64,000 nt of DNA from Chiloscyllium plagiosum (lineage: Eukaryota), in assembly GCF_004010195.1 (NCBI RefSeq), contig NC_057719.1:73390365-73454364 (forward strand), read 5' to 3'. Shown piece by piece: positions 1 through 12,247 of this stretch. Under the pieces are notes generated by a model that made no database searches, was not told where the DNA came from, and saw only the letters and a list, made by a program, of their open reading frames with translations. Both the position numbers and the translations under genes were made by a program. Positions within the stretch are counted from its first letter, which is position 1; every line of letters begins with the position of its first letter.

Positions 1-84
1 ATCTCTCAGAAGCACCATGCCTATGACAGTCTCTACACACAGATATATATAAATCCTGAGTGGGTCATAATTTCCTCTAATACA

Positions 85-600
85 ATGGAATTTCATAGAA
101 TCATGCAGCACCGAAGGAAGCTATTTTACTCATTATGTTGGTGCTGGCTTCTTATTAGAGCTATTCAATTAAACCAACTCCTCTGCTCTTTCCCACATGC
201 TTGCAATTAATTTCCATTCAAGAAGCATTTCTTTAAATTTCCTTTTAAAACTTACTGTTGAATCAGCTTCCATCAACCTGAGGTGGTGCATTCCAGTTCA
301 TAACATCCCGCTGTGTAATAGAGTAGCATCTCTTTATCTCTCCTCTGGTTCTTTCGTCACAATTATTTTCACTGTGTTTTTTGCATACTGACCCTCCTAG
401 TGGAAGCAATTCTTACTATGCACTGTATCAAAACTCCTCATAACTTTTAACACCTTTATTAAGTTTTCCCTTAAGACAAACAACTTGAAAGTGGACAACT
501 CTAGGTCTCTAATTTCTTCAAATAGCTCACTGTAATCTCTCCAAAGCACTAACATGCTTTGTAAAGTGTGGGGACCAGTATTGGCCATAATATTCCAGCT
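85..600 (-). mobile_element. Degenerate CR1 LINE 3' fragment
   Basis: catagaatcat tail motif and decayed RT C-terminal sequence like other CR1 copies in the window. Confidence 0.55.
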
Positions 601-1347
601 GAAAACAACCATTACCTCTCTCACTAGTATCCTTACATACAGATAGGGAAGGACACCACTTTGACTGGGACAACACATCCATCTTAGGGCAAGCCAAACA
701 GAGACACACACGAGAATTCCTAGAAGCATGGCATTCCAACTGGAACTCTTATCAACAAACACATAGGCGGCATGGTGGCACAGTGGTTCGCACTGTTGCC
801 TCACAGTGCCAGAGACTCGGATTCAATTCCCGCCTCAGGCGACCGACTGTGTGGAATTTGCACATTCTCCCCGTGTCTGCGTGGGTTTCCTCCGGGTGCT
901 CCGGTTTCCTCCTACGTTCCAAAAATGTGCAGGTTAGGTGGGTTGGCCATGCTAAATTACCCGTAGTGTTAGGTGAAGGGGTAAAATGTAGGGGAATGGG
1001 TTTGGGGTGGGTTGCGCTTTGGCGGGTCGGTGTGGACTTGTTGGGCCAAAGGGCCTGTTTCCACACTGTAAGTAATCTAATCTAATCTAAACATCGAGTT
1101 AGACCCCATCTACCACCAATGAGAAAAAGAACCGGAAATGACGTCACCAGGGGAAATGACATAATTGACCCAATAAATAAATAGATATATATAGAAAGCA
1201 GGAATCATGTACACTGCTTCGCCTGAGGCCGACTGAAAATGTTACCTAGTAGGGTGACAAAATGTCTGGAAATGAACCTCCCAGCTCAGCGAGCAAACCT
1301 ACATTCAGAATCTCAAGTTGAGCTGCAAGTCTTCTCAAAACTCACTA
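600..1347 (+). mobile_element. Penelope-like element 3' fragment (GIY-YIG C-terminus plus terminal repeat), split by an HE1 SINE
   Basis: Reads ...LSLVSLHTDREGHHFDWDNTSILGQAKQRHTREFLEAWHSNWNS...NKH, resuming after the SINE as HIELDPIYH; decayed hammerhead-like core at 1233-1267. Confidence 0.75.
766..1090 (+). mobile_element. HE1-type (V-SINE) tRNA-derived SINE, full length
   Basis: A box GGTGGCACAGTGG, B-box-like GGATTCAATTCC, V-domain GTGTGGAATTTGCACATTCTCCCCGTGTCTGCGTGGGTTTCCTCCGGGTGCTCCGGTTTCCTCC, (CTAAT)n tail; ACAT on both sides. Confidence 0.92.
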
Positions 1348-2202
1348 CAACCGTTATTGATGAAGAGTGAACATAAGATGGGCATAGTGGTAATCTCACT
1401 AGTAATGCAGAATCCCAGGCTCTGATGTTTGAGGGACTTGGCTTCAAATCCTGCCATGGCAGATGGTCAAACTTGCATTCAATATACTCTGGAATTTAAA
1501 ACTAGCTTCAACAACACCCAGGTAACTACTGTTGATTATTGTGAGTAAAAAAGAAGCATCAAGTTCATGAATTCACTTTGGATAAGGAAATCTGCTATCC
1601 TTACCTGATGTGACCGATTTGTGAATACATCCATCTGGTTCCCTCTGAACTGTCTGTTGAAATTAATCAAACGCTACATGACGATGAAACTGGATCGACT
1701 GGCTGGCTTTGGAATTGACAATGGCAAACATGGCACTGTCAACTCTGCAAAGTCCTCCTTCCACATATCTCGGATCTTCTTCCAAATTTGAGAAAGCCGC
1801 TCCACAGAGTAGCCGAATGTTAGCCTGACATAGTTACATTCACAGAGTCTTTCTCTGTAGGTAAAGGCACAGACACCACCATCACCATCCCTGAGGGTGT
1901 CCTGTCCTGTACTGACTGGACAGACCCACCAGAGGTGGAAGCACAGTGGTGTAGAGTCAGGAGGGAGTTTCTCTGTGGATTATTCAACATCAACTCAGAA
2001 CCACATGAAATTTCATGGCATCAGTTCAAACTTGGTCAAGGAAGCCTGCTGATTATCATTTAACTTCCCCCTTGGTTGATGAATCAGTTGAACACCACTT
2101 ATAAAAAACAGAGTATGGCAAGGGCACAGAATATGCTTTAATACCTGTCCTGAAGAGTGGCTTGGTAGTAACACTACTGAGTGAACTGGCAGAGTTCTAA
2201 AG

Positions 2203-2291
2203 CAGCTACCTGATGAAGGCGCAGCACTTTGAAAGCTTGTACTTCCAAATAAACCTGTTGGACTATAACCTGGTGTTGTGTGATTTGTAAT
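2203..2291 (+). mobile_element. Short Penelope-type terminal fragment with hammerhead-like core
   Basis: tac-CTGATGA-AGGCGCAGCACTTT-GAAAGCTT-gta then AATAAACCTGTTGGACTATAACCTGGTGTTGTG; imperfect TSD AGAGTTCTAAAG (2191-2202) / AGTGTTCTATAG (2292-2303). Confidence 0.65.
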
Positions 2292-3627
2292 AGTGTTCTA
2301 TAGGACATAGATGTTAGATTGGGTCTGCGACAGGTGGTGAAGGAAATAACAAGAGGAACACATTTGCACGACTCTGTCCTCACCTGTTGAACTGTCACAG
2401 TTACATCTGTTCAGGATTGTGCAGTTCTTTCGGTGACAAAATCTCATGTTGACATTAAGAATACCCTCTTTCGGATTGTGTGGTACTAACCCTCCATGTT
2501 AAATTGGACAGACTTCAGGCGGATCTGACAACTCAAAGCCTGGGCATCCACAAGACACTCTGGGCCATCAGCAACAAAACTGTATTTGACCAAATGGCGT
2601 AACCCCCACTTCTCCTATTACTATCAAGTCAAGATATCTATCCTAAGCCAATGAGGAGTGCAGGAGACCATGCCAAGAGCAGAGCCAGGCATTTTTAATA
2701 ATGAGGTGTCAGCCTGGTGAAGCTACAACACAGGACTACTGGTGAGCCCAATAGCATATGCTGTATGCGGTGGATAGCGATGAATGATTCCACAATCGCA
2801 GAATTAGATCTAAGTTCTGCAGTCCTGCCTCATCTGGTTGCGAATGATGGTGGACAATTAAACAACTCAGAGGAGGAAGCTCCACAAATATCCCCATCCT
2901 CAATGATGACATTAGTGCAAAAGACAAGGCTGAAGAATTTGCAACAGTCAGAAGTCGTAAGTAGGTGATCCATCTGGACCTACTTCTGGGATCCCCAACT
3001 TCACAGGTACCACTCTTCAACTAATTTGGTTCACTCTACATGATAGCAAGAAAAGATTGGAAGCACTGGATACTGAAAAAGCTTTGGGCCCTCACAAGAT
3101 TCTGGCAACAGTGTTGAAAACTTTTGCTCCAAAACCAGCTGTGCACTAGTCAAGCTCTTCCAATTCAGCTACAACACTGGCACCTATGGACAATAGGGAA
3201 ACTTGTCCAGCTGTGTCTTATCCATGAAAAGTAAGACAAATCCAATCCAGCCAATTGCTGCCACCTGAATCTACTCTTAATAATCATCAAAGTGATGGAA
3301 AGGATTGTCAACAGTGTTATTGAGTAGCACTTGGGAAGAAATAACCTGTTCACTGATGCTCAGTTTGGTTTCTCGTAGGTCGACTGGGCTCTTAACCTCA
3401 TTACAACTGTTGTCAAAATTTGGACAAAAGAGCTGAATTCCAGAGGGAAGGTGAGAGCGACTGCCATTGACCTCAAGGCCACACTCAACCGAGCGTGGTA
3501 TCAAGGAGCCCTTATAAAACTGGAGTCACAGAGAAGAGAATGGAAAAGCTCCAACCTATACAAGTTGTGGTCATTGGAGGTCAATCATCTCAGCCCCAGG
3601 CTACCTCTGCAGGAGTTCCTCAGGGTA

Positions 3628-3750
3628 GATATTTTCTAATCAACCTGTTCAGCGATGTTAGTATACACCTCTAGAGAAGGGTTATAGGGAAAGCTTGAAC
3701 CCAGGTTTCCAGACCCAGAATGGGGATAGTACCACTGCACCACAAGGGCC
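3628..3750 (-). mobile_element. Short (~120 bp) tRNA-derived SINE
   Basis: Similar to copies at 12126, 13058 and 62271; interrupts the LINE RT right after GVPQG. Confidence 0.65.
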
Positions 3751-4234
3751 ACAGTTCTTCATATTCAATCATCTTCAACTGCTTTAATGACCTCCCATCC
3801 ACCTGAAGAAGTGGGAATCTTTGCTGATGATTGCATATGTTCATCATCATTCTAAGATTCTCAGATACAGAGAAGTCCATATCCATATGCTTCAAGACCT
3901 GGACAACACCCAGCCTTGGAATGATAAGGAACATTCATACTTCAAGAGCCAGACAATGATCATCTCCAACTAGAGAGAATCTAACCACTGCTCTTGATGG
4001 TATTACTGTCACTAAGGCTCCCACTACTAACATGCTGGGAGTTACTGTTCACCAGAAGTTGAACCGATCTAGCCAAAAAAAATTACAGCTACAAAAGCAG
4101 ATCAGAGGCTGATAACAAGTAGCAAGTAACTCACCTCCTGACTCCTCAAAGCCTGTCTACCATCTACAAAGTACAAGTCAGGAGTGCAACAGAATACTTC
4201 CCACTTAACTGGATGGTTGCAGCTCCAACAACAT

Positions 4235-4590
4235 GGGCAGCACGGTGGCTCATTGGTCAGCATTGCTGCCTCACAATGCTAGGGACACAGATTGAATCCC
4301 ACTCTTGGGCGCCTGTCTGTGTGGAGTTTGCATATTCTCCCCGTGTCTGTGTGGATTTCCACTGGGTGCTCCGATTTCCTCCCACAGTCCAAAGATGCAC
4401 AAGTTAGGTGGATTGGCCATGTTAAATTGCCCATAGTGTCCAGGGGATGTCGATTATGTGGATTAGCCATGGGAAATGCAGGATTACAGCGATGATGGGG
4501 GTGTGGGGTTGGGTGGAATACTCTTCAGAGGGTTGATGTGACTTGGTGGGTCAAATAGCCTGTTTTCCACTCTGTAGGGATACTATTCTA
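4235..4590 (+). mobile_element. HE1-type SINE nested in LINE
   Basis: GGGCAGCACGGTGGCTCA head, V-domain, CCTGTTTTCCACTCTGTAGGGAT tail. Confidence 0.9.
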
Positions 4591-5329
4591 ACGCTCATGA
4601 AGCTAGACACTGTTCAAAACAAAGCAACCCACTTGATTATCACCACATCCAGCATCTTGTGCATTCACTCCTTTTGATGCACAATGACAGCTGTATGGAT
4701 TATCTACAATATGGACAGCAATAACTCATCAAGGCCCCTCCAACAGCACCTTCAAAACTCATACCCTCAACCATCTAAAAGAAGAAGCGCAGCAGATTAA
4801 TGAGAACATCATGACCTACAAGTTCCCCTCTAAACCATGCACCATGCTGACTTGGAACTTGATAGGTTCTGCAGAATTACTGTCTGAAATCACTGTCCCC
4901 TATGAAGATGATACAGTGGAAATCTGGAAATATCAATTTTAATCTATAAGATAAATAATTGAACACAATCCAGCTGTTTTATGAAATGTGGCCCCTGCAA
5001 TAATACATCATTATTGTTCATCTCTTGCGAAACTTTATTTGTACTTTGTGAAGGGCTTGAACCGAGAAATCTCAACATTCTTTTCTTGCATGTTCACTGT
5101 TAGGAAGTGAAATACGATATAAAAACAGCTTCCTCTATACTATCCCTTATGATCTTTGGCTGTCATCTTAATTTAAATAATGCAGCCAATTATTATATGA
5201 ATTGATAGAAAATTGCTAATATTGGGTGTTAAGGAAACAATATCCAGTCTTAAGATCCCAATGATTTGCTGGCCAAACTCATTTGCTTTTACATTTGCAG
5301 CTCACACTCACTGTGAATTACAAAATATT

Positions 5330-6030
5330 ATTCTGCAGGTACAACAAGTGATTCAGAATGCAAATAGATTGCTGGCATTTATTGCAAGGAGAATGAAATA
5401 TAAAGATGCAGTTGTACTGAGTTTTGACAAGGTCACATCTGAAAAATTGCCTATAGTTTTGCCTTTGTATTTATAAAGGGTGTTATTGCTTTGGGAGCAG
5501 TTCAGAGACAATTGATTCCTGGGATGGGGGTGGTATCACATGAGGGACATTGGAACTTAGAAGAATGAGAGGTGACCTTATTGAAACATGGGATGCTGAG
5601 GTGACTTGACAGGGTGGATGCTGATAGGATGTTCTCTTTTGTGCCAAGGACTAGATCACAGAGGACACAATTTAAAAATGAGATATCTTGTGATTTTTGA
5701 GAAGATTTGCAGCCCAGGTTGAGGCTCAGGTCATAAGTTTTGCTCGCAGAGCTGGTATGTTTGTTTTCAGCTGTTTTGTCACCACGCATTTAAGATGGAC
5801 ACAAGGAGAACTTCTTTTCTTTCGGAGGATTGTGAACCAATGGAACTCTCTTGCCCAGAAAGCAGTGTCATTGTATAATTTCAAGGCAGAGTTGTACAGA
5901 TTCTTAATGGGTAAACAAGTCAAAGCATACGAGAGAAAGGCAGGAAAGTGGAATTGAAGACACAGATTAGGCATCAGGTTTGAAAAGCAAAATGGCCTCC
6001 CTTGTTCCTAATTCATATGTTTGTATGCAT
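5330..6030 (+). mobile_element. CR1 LINE 3' fragment, interrupted by a minus-strand Penelope tail (about 5690-5785)
   Basis: QVQQVIQNANRLLAFIARRMKYK and RRIVNQWNSL motifs; the insert is the reverse complement of the 1255-1347 tail. Confidence 0.75.
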
Positions 6031-7159
6031 CATGTTTATGTTTGCTATGTTAATTGGATTCCAAATGAGACAGAAACAGTTTTCTTAAAAGTATGTTTAT
6101 TTACAGCAAACAGATTGCATTTATCTGCTTCACACTTACAAACTCAGTGTCCCAGCAGTCTCCCTTTAAAAAGTGTTTGAGGTACTTCATCAAGCAATAC
6201 TCTTCACTTTGTATCTAAATAATATAATTACATATCATGAGCAAACTGAAACTAAACATAATTCTGTTTTCACATTTTTTTTACATTTCTCAGAAATTTA
6301 CTTTGAGATTACAACAATCCAGATGTACATACAGTCTCAGAAAGAAAGACTGAATTTGCAAGATTCCTTCATGTTCATCAGAAAAATATTCAAGGGAACC
6401 CTAAGGCTAACTGTCAAACTTTAACATTTAATGTCAAACACAAGTGTAGACCCACAGTTTGATGCGAAGACTACCAGCCAATCATACTTTTTCTCACCAA
6501 GGTTTGATACTAGAACTGCCTTTATTCTATACCTTGTAGTGTTTCCCTGACAACAGCCATAGCAACCCACTGTCAATGCAAACAGGTAGGTAAAAACGCT
6601 AAAAGCATCACACCCAGCAAGCTTTGCCACAAAATGACAATGGAAAACAGACTTTTGTAGATCAAATATTGCCAAAAGGTTTACACCATGCATATCAAGA
6701 ACAAATGAGCACATTGAGGAGATAACCATTACATGATGCATTTGCTTATGAAATGATGGAGTCATTTTAAAAGCATTTGTACCGAGTATGTTGTTGACAC
6801 TGGTACGGCCACATTTAACCATCCCAATTCATTTGGCTTGACCCTTCAGAGAACATCACCTTCAAGCACAATTGTGTGGAACTAGGATTAGCGTTTGATG
6901 GTGGTTTAAAAAAAAACAAATAAACATTTTGTTAGCATGTTTCACGTCACACCAGACTGCCTATGAACAGAGGGAGACAGAACATTCAGCCCAACCAAGA
7001 AAGGTTACACAGTTGATCTCCAAACGAGCAGAGAATCTGCGTCTGTGCAGCACCTGTCCATGAGCACAGGACATCCTAGAGTATTTCATAGTCACTGAAA
7101 CACAGCTGTACTCAGTAATACAATATGGGGAAACCTAAAATCCAGTTTGAAAACAGTAT

Positions 7160-7295
7160 CTGTTGTGATGAGGTTTGGGGATTAAATATTTGCCGGGACA
7201 TGGAGAGAACGTGTCGCTTTTTCTCGAATGACGCTGTGGGATTTTTCTTACATGAACATGGAATGGCAGACAGAGCCTTGGTTTAACACGTCGAC
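7160..7295 (-). mobile_element. DeuSINE (SacSINE1-like) core fragment
   Basis: Reverse complement resembles the Deu domain and the copy at 11305. Confidence 0.5.
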
Positions 7296-8264
7296 AAAAC
7301 ATCTGTAAGATCATTCACTGATGTAGGGAAGTTGAGAGGTGTTGGTTATTCCGAATATGAAATCAGGTTGTGCTGATTGAATTAAAACCATTTCCTGATT
7401 TGTATTGGGCTCCATTTCAGTCCGTGAAATGATACAAGAGCACCTATATTCAAGAAACAGAAACATCTACTTCAGATCACAATGTAGTCCAAATGTTACA
7501 CCGAAAATGATCGTATTATTAAATACTGGACAATATGGAGGACTCTCTTAAAATGTAAGATACTTAGGTCACTTAGAGGAGTGAGTTAACATTCTAGTGC
7601 CTAACAGGAGATCAAAGCTGTGTCTTGAAGCTTGGGCTATTAAGCCATGCTCAGAAATCTGGGATTTAATTCAAAACCTTCCTGCTTTGTTAGAGGGGAG
7701 TTCCTCCTATACAGCAGACGTGAAAAGGCAGCCAGAAAAGAAATAAAAACCCTAAAAAGATCATAACTGGCCCAAATCTGAGGATCAACATAAAGTAATA
7801 CATTTAGGGATGGATCTTACTTTTATTTAACTAAGTGTCAGTTATACTAGGGTTTTTTGGAAGACTTTTCATTGCAAGGCGCAGTAAGAGTATATATATT
7901 ACCAATATTGTCATGTTAACTACTTATCCCATTCCTATACACCTAGCTCGACTGATTCTTGTCCTCTCTTACCATTCGCTGTTTGCATAGAAGTTTCAGC
8001 ACTGCTGGCATCCCTGGTGCTGGCATCATCTTTAAAAAGTTGTTGTGTGCATGGACAAGCACTGTTAGTCTGAAACTGCTCTGCATGGTTGCAGACATTT
8101 GCCCCAGACTTCACAGGGCTGTGAAAATCGATTTCCCACTTTGCAGGGAGGGGCCTGGAGGCCCTGGTGAATGGAGTAGTAGCTAGGAAAATGTGGCATA
8201 TTATTTGATTTCTTTTCTCAGGACTACACTATCATCCATCTCTTTGACTCCCTAACTACGGTTC

Positions 8265-8525
8265 TTTCTCACGCTCTTGCTCTCTCTCTCTCTCTCTGGG
8301 CTCCATCTCCACCTATCCTCTCACTCCCGTCCCGCACCCAATCCCACCATCCTCCCCACCCCCGATCCGCTGTCTTCAGTATAAATGCTACCTTTTCCTA
8401 GATACCCTCCATTCTGAAGAAGGGTCACTGAACCCAAAACGTTAACTCTACTTTCTCTGCACAGATGCTGCCAGACCTGCTGAGTTTCTCCAATAGTTTC
8501 CAGCAACCGCAGTTCTTTGTTTTTT
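8265..8525 (+). mobile_element. Penelope-type terminal repeat with hammerhead-like core
   Basis: Pyrimidine-rich leader, then CTGAAGA-AGGGTCACTGAACCC-AAAACGTT-AAC (8414-8446) and GATGCTGCCAGACCTGCTGAGTTT, which is shared with the 49590 element. Confidence 0.65.
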
Positions 8526-9204
8526 AACCATGGCAAACTTGCGGGTTTTGTGTTATCTGAGCCACACTTTCGCAATGCCTCCCTCAAAGTTGTCCTGATG
8601 CCTGTTCAGGACTGGGGGAAGGAGTTCAATTCCCTAGCAATGGCAACAGAAGGCCAATGGATATATATGGCTCTGGAGGTCGTGGGTGGCTCAAATAAAC
8701 CTTGTGCTGCAAAAGGATGAACTATCTGCTGCGCTCCCGTCAAGCTGTGCACTACTGACCACTACGTAAGAAAGCTGGAACTGAAAGATGCTGAAATCCA
8801 TGGAATAAAAATTGTGAAGGAGCATATTATTCTTAAACAAATCTGACTCTGGTTGCAAGATTGAAATTATAGGCTACACTTCCATGATTGAAGTTCATAT
8901 TTATTAAATATTTTCTTGAATATGGGATATGCTTTTCTTTATCTTATGCCCCTGTTCCACCCTCCTTCAAGACTGTGGTAGCCAATGTACTTGGAAGATT
9001 AGAGTATTCTTAGTTAAAATGGTGAATACAGCATTGAAATAATTTGCTCTTTGTTGCCTTCTAAACATATTTCAATTGCAGAATGTTAGAAAATAAGTTG
9101 CAAACTTGTCTTAGTTATCCAATCCAGGTGACACTTGTATCCATTGTTTCCTGACTTTTTTATTTACCACCTTTGTAATCAGCCACACTTGCTGCAGTAT
9201 AGTA

Positions 9205-10148
9205 TCAAGGGCACAGTACATGTCTGTGCAGACAACACTAAGCTGGGTGGTAATGTGTGCTGTGAAGAGGTTGCTGAGAGGTTGCAGGGTGACTTGGACA
9301 GCCTGGCTGAGTGGGCAAATACTTGGCAAATACAATATAATTGTTAAATGTGAGGTTATCCACTTTGGTGGCAAAAACAGGAAAGCTGGTTATGATCTGA
9401 TTGGTGGCAATTTTGGAAAAGGCAAGGTGCGACAAGACCTGGGTGTCATGGTGGAATAGCTGCTGAAGGTTGGCATATAGGTGGAGGAGGTGGTGAGGAA
9501 ACCTAATGGCACATTGGTCTCCATAGTGAGAGGATTTGAGTATTGGAGTAAGGATTTCTTGCTGCAGTTATACAGGGCCTTGGTGAGGCAACACCTTCAG
9601 TATTGTACGCAGTTTTGGTGTCCTAGTCTGAGGAAGGACATTCTTGCTATTGAGGGATCCAGCGAACGTTCACCAGACTGATTCCTGGGATGGCAGGACT
9701 GACATATGAGGAAAGACTGGATCAACTGGGTTTGTATTCACTGGAATTTAGAAGAGTGAAGGAGTGAATCTCATAGAAATATTAAAATCCTGATGGGACT
9801 GGGCAGACTAGATGTGAGAAGAAAGTTCCCGATGTTGAGAAAGTCTAGAACTAGGGGTGATAGTCTAAGAATAAGGGGTAAGCCATTCAGGACTGAGATG
9901 AAGAAGAATTTCTGCACTCAGAGAGTTGTGAACTTTTGGAATTTTCTCCCACAGGAAGCTGTTGGGACCAGTTCATTAGTTATATTTGAGAGGGAGCTGG
10001 GCATGGCCCTTGCAGTTAAAGGGATCAAGAGGTATGGAGAGAAGTGGAATTGGGATACTGAGATTGCATGATCATATTGAATGATGGTGTAGGCTTGAAG
10101 GGCCAAATGGCCTACATCTTCACCTTTTTTTTTATATTTCTATGTTTC
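9205..10148 (+). mobile_element. CR1 (HER1-like) LINE 3' end
   Basis: ADNTKLGG, LQGDLDSLAEWANTWQ, KCEVIHFG, LYRALVRQHLQYCTQFW, QRVVNFWNFLP; TTTCTATGTTTCT tail. Confidence 0.9.
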
Positions 10149-10346
10149 TCCACAGGTTTCTTGATGTGAGGTGCTGAGACTGTTATCTTGGAAGATTAGC
10201 AGCCTATGCAAAGGTGTATGCCCTAAACCATTCTTTATCCAATGGCTATGCAACTATGCTTCCAGTAGACACTGGTGAATGGTGACCAGAAATGTGAGGC
10301 ATTTCTGATTTCCCACTGTTGCCCAGAAATACTAAATCCCCTTGTA

Positions 10347-10398
10347 CTATCTTAACCCTATCTTAACCCTATCTTAACCCTAACTCTAACCCTAACCC
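10347..10398 (+). repeat. Short telomere-like tandem repeat
   Basis: (CTATCTTAACC)x3 followed by CTAACT CTAACC CTAACC. Confidence 0.7.
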
Positions 10399-11304
10399 AT
10401 CACCAGTGCCATATCTTGAATCTTCATATCTTGAAAAAGTTTTCTGTGATGTTGTAAGTTTTTTCAACACTGTATTTTCAAACTGGCAGAGTTTACCTTC
10501 TGGAAAATGTCTCAGCTATAAGAACAGAAATATGTCTAACATTGTTTCCTTGATATATCGTGGCATTAGCAAATCAGATAATAATTCTCTCACCTACTGT
10601 ATGAAGCTGACCTTGCATTCACCTAGCAACTTACTTTGCATGGAATTGCATCACTTGTCTGAGTCAGTTCCCAGAAGGATAAGGATTGAAGATTTAGCTT
10701 CCAGCCCAGCAAACCTGTTTCTACAGAAGCCATTCCCTGAGGAGGACAACGTAATGAAAGGCTTGTGTGTGTTGTACACTCGCCACATTAGTTTATGTTC
10801 GTATTTTCTTCAGGTTTTGTTGAAGGAATTAAGTATCTAAATTGAAGTGAAATGACTATTTGTTATCACAGGAAGAGTCGTAACAGAGTTCAAAAGCAAA
10901 ACAGCATGAGGCAAGCTGTGGAAGTGAAACCTGTCACTTACACCATGAGTGTCATATTTCCCTCTATTTAACGCAATGAATCCACAAAACATGCACATCT
11001 TTCAATAACAGTCAGAAATGAAGTGAATGTTATGATCAGATGTAAAATTAACTACTCCAGAAATATATCATCCTAATTTGTGATTTGTGTTTTGGAAGAG
11101 AAAGGTTCAATGTAGGCTATGTTGGTTCTGCTACAGAAATGCTTCTGTCCCCTCAGGTTTGCTGTTTTTTTTCGAAGTTCTGTTTTGTTTCTCAATCCTC
11201 TAGTGCTCTGCGTTTACTTATTAAACCTCCTTAGTTGCTCTTTTTAAATTTCATGATGCTAATTATTTCTGTTATATAAGGGAGAATAGGAACTTTTACA
11301 AGTT

Positions 11305-11535
11305 GTCAGCTGTGGCTCAGTTAGTGTACCTGTGCCCTTGAACCAGAGCTTGAATAGATCCAGTGCAGTACTGAGGGAGTGTTACATTGTCAGTGATGTT
11401 ACCATTCAGATAAGGTGTTACATCTTCCTGTTTAAATGAATATAGAAGATCCCCATGGCACTACAAAGAAGAATTAACTCTAGGGTCTTGGCTAATATCT
11501 ATTCTTCATCAACATCACAAAAACAGGTCTATTTC
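11305..11535 (+). mobile_element. DeuSINE (SacSINE1-like), 3' truncated
   Basis: GTCAGCTGTGGCTCAGTT head, CCAGTGCAGTACTGAGGGAGTG, GATCCCCATGGCACTA, CAACATCACAAAAACAG. Confidence 0.75.
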
Positions 11536-12125
11536 TGTACTGTATGACTTAATGGCCATTATTTACATTGTTAAACATATTCATTTAAAAATAAATGTTA
11601 GTCAAATACAGATTACAGTTTCTGATGCTGAGACAACGGAGATAGCAGTAACAATAATAACTCTCAAACGTACTATGCCAAAAGTACTATGGCATTTTGT
11701 TAAGGAGTTAGAGGTCTCACTTGGACAGCCAACAGGAGACTTGCACTGTTTCTTTTTGGGGAAAGCCTGCCAAATCACGAGTCAATCGGGCAATGGTGAA
11801 GTCTTCCCTGGAATCAAGACCTCAGGAATGGAACTATCACCTGATTTGCCATCAGCTATTTTGCTTAACAACACCATTGCTTAGGCCATGACTCATCCCA
11901 AAAGAATACTCTCCAGAGTCCCAGATTTATAGTGAGAGACCCAGGCTATAGATGCATAATGTTGGTGTTGTTATTTCACACAATGAAGGGAATAATTTGT
12001 AGTGCTGCCCTTCCTAATGTCCAGTCCTTCAATAAAGTGGTCAAATCACTCTTCGGTGTGCACTGAGGTGAGAAGTGGCCCTCACATTTTTCGCTATTAG
12101 ACAGACTGACAGATTCAGCTGCAAC

Positions 12126-12247
12126 TAGATATTTTTTAAACCAACCTGTTCCCAGAGATGTTATGATACCCCTTTGGAGAAGGTGAAACTTGAATCCGGG
12201 CAGCTACCTCAGAGGTAGGAGTATTACCACTCAACCTCAAGAATCCT
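12126..12247 (-). mobile_element. Short tRNA-derived SINE
   Basis: TAGATATTTT..CAACCTGTTC..AGAGATGTTAT..CTTGAA..TACCACT shared with the other copies. Confidence 0.6.

Larger units (their letters stand above)
1375..4860 (+). mobile_element. Near full-length decayed CR1-group LINE (APE + RT) with tRNA-like 5' head; contains three nested insertions
   Basis: Disrupted APE (PDIVTFTES) and RT remnants (NPANC.HLNLLLIIIKVME, AIDLKATLNRAWYQG, GVPQG, FADDC); many stops and frameshifts. Confidence 0.8.

Noticed and set aside
766..840. tRNA genes at SINE heads
   Set aside because: A and B boxes run into SINE bodies; no complete cloverleaf.
752..1085. ORFs of 64-104 aa overlapping HE1 SINEs (also near 4213, 18780, 31504, 36733)
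   Set aside because: Recurrent chance frames within a non-coding SINE.
6421..6822. 133-aa minus-strand ORF
   Set aside because: No recognisable domain or splice context; antisense within an intron.
10406..10840. 144-aa plus-strand ORF
   Set aside because: Non-ATG start and no recognisable homology; likely chance.
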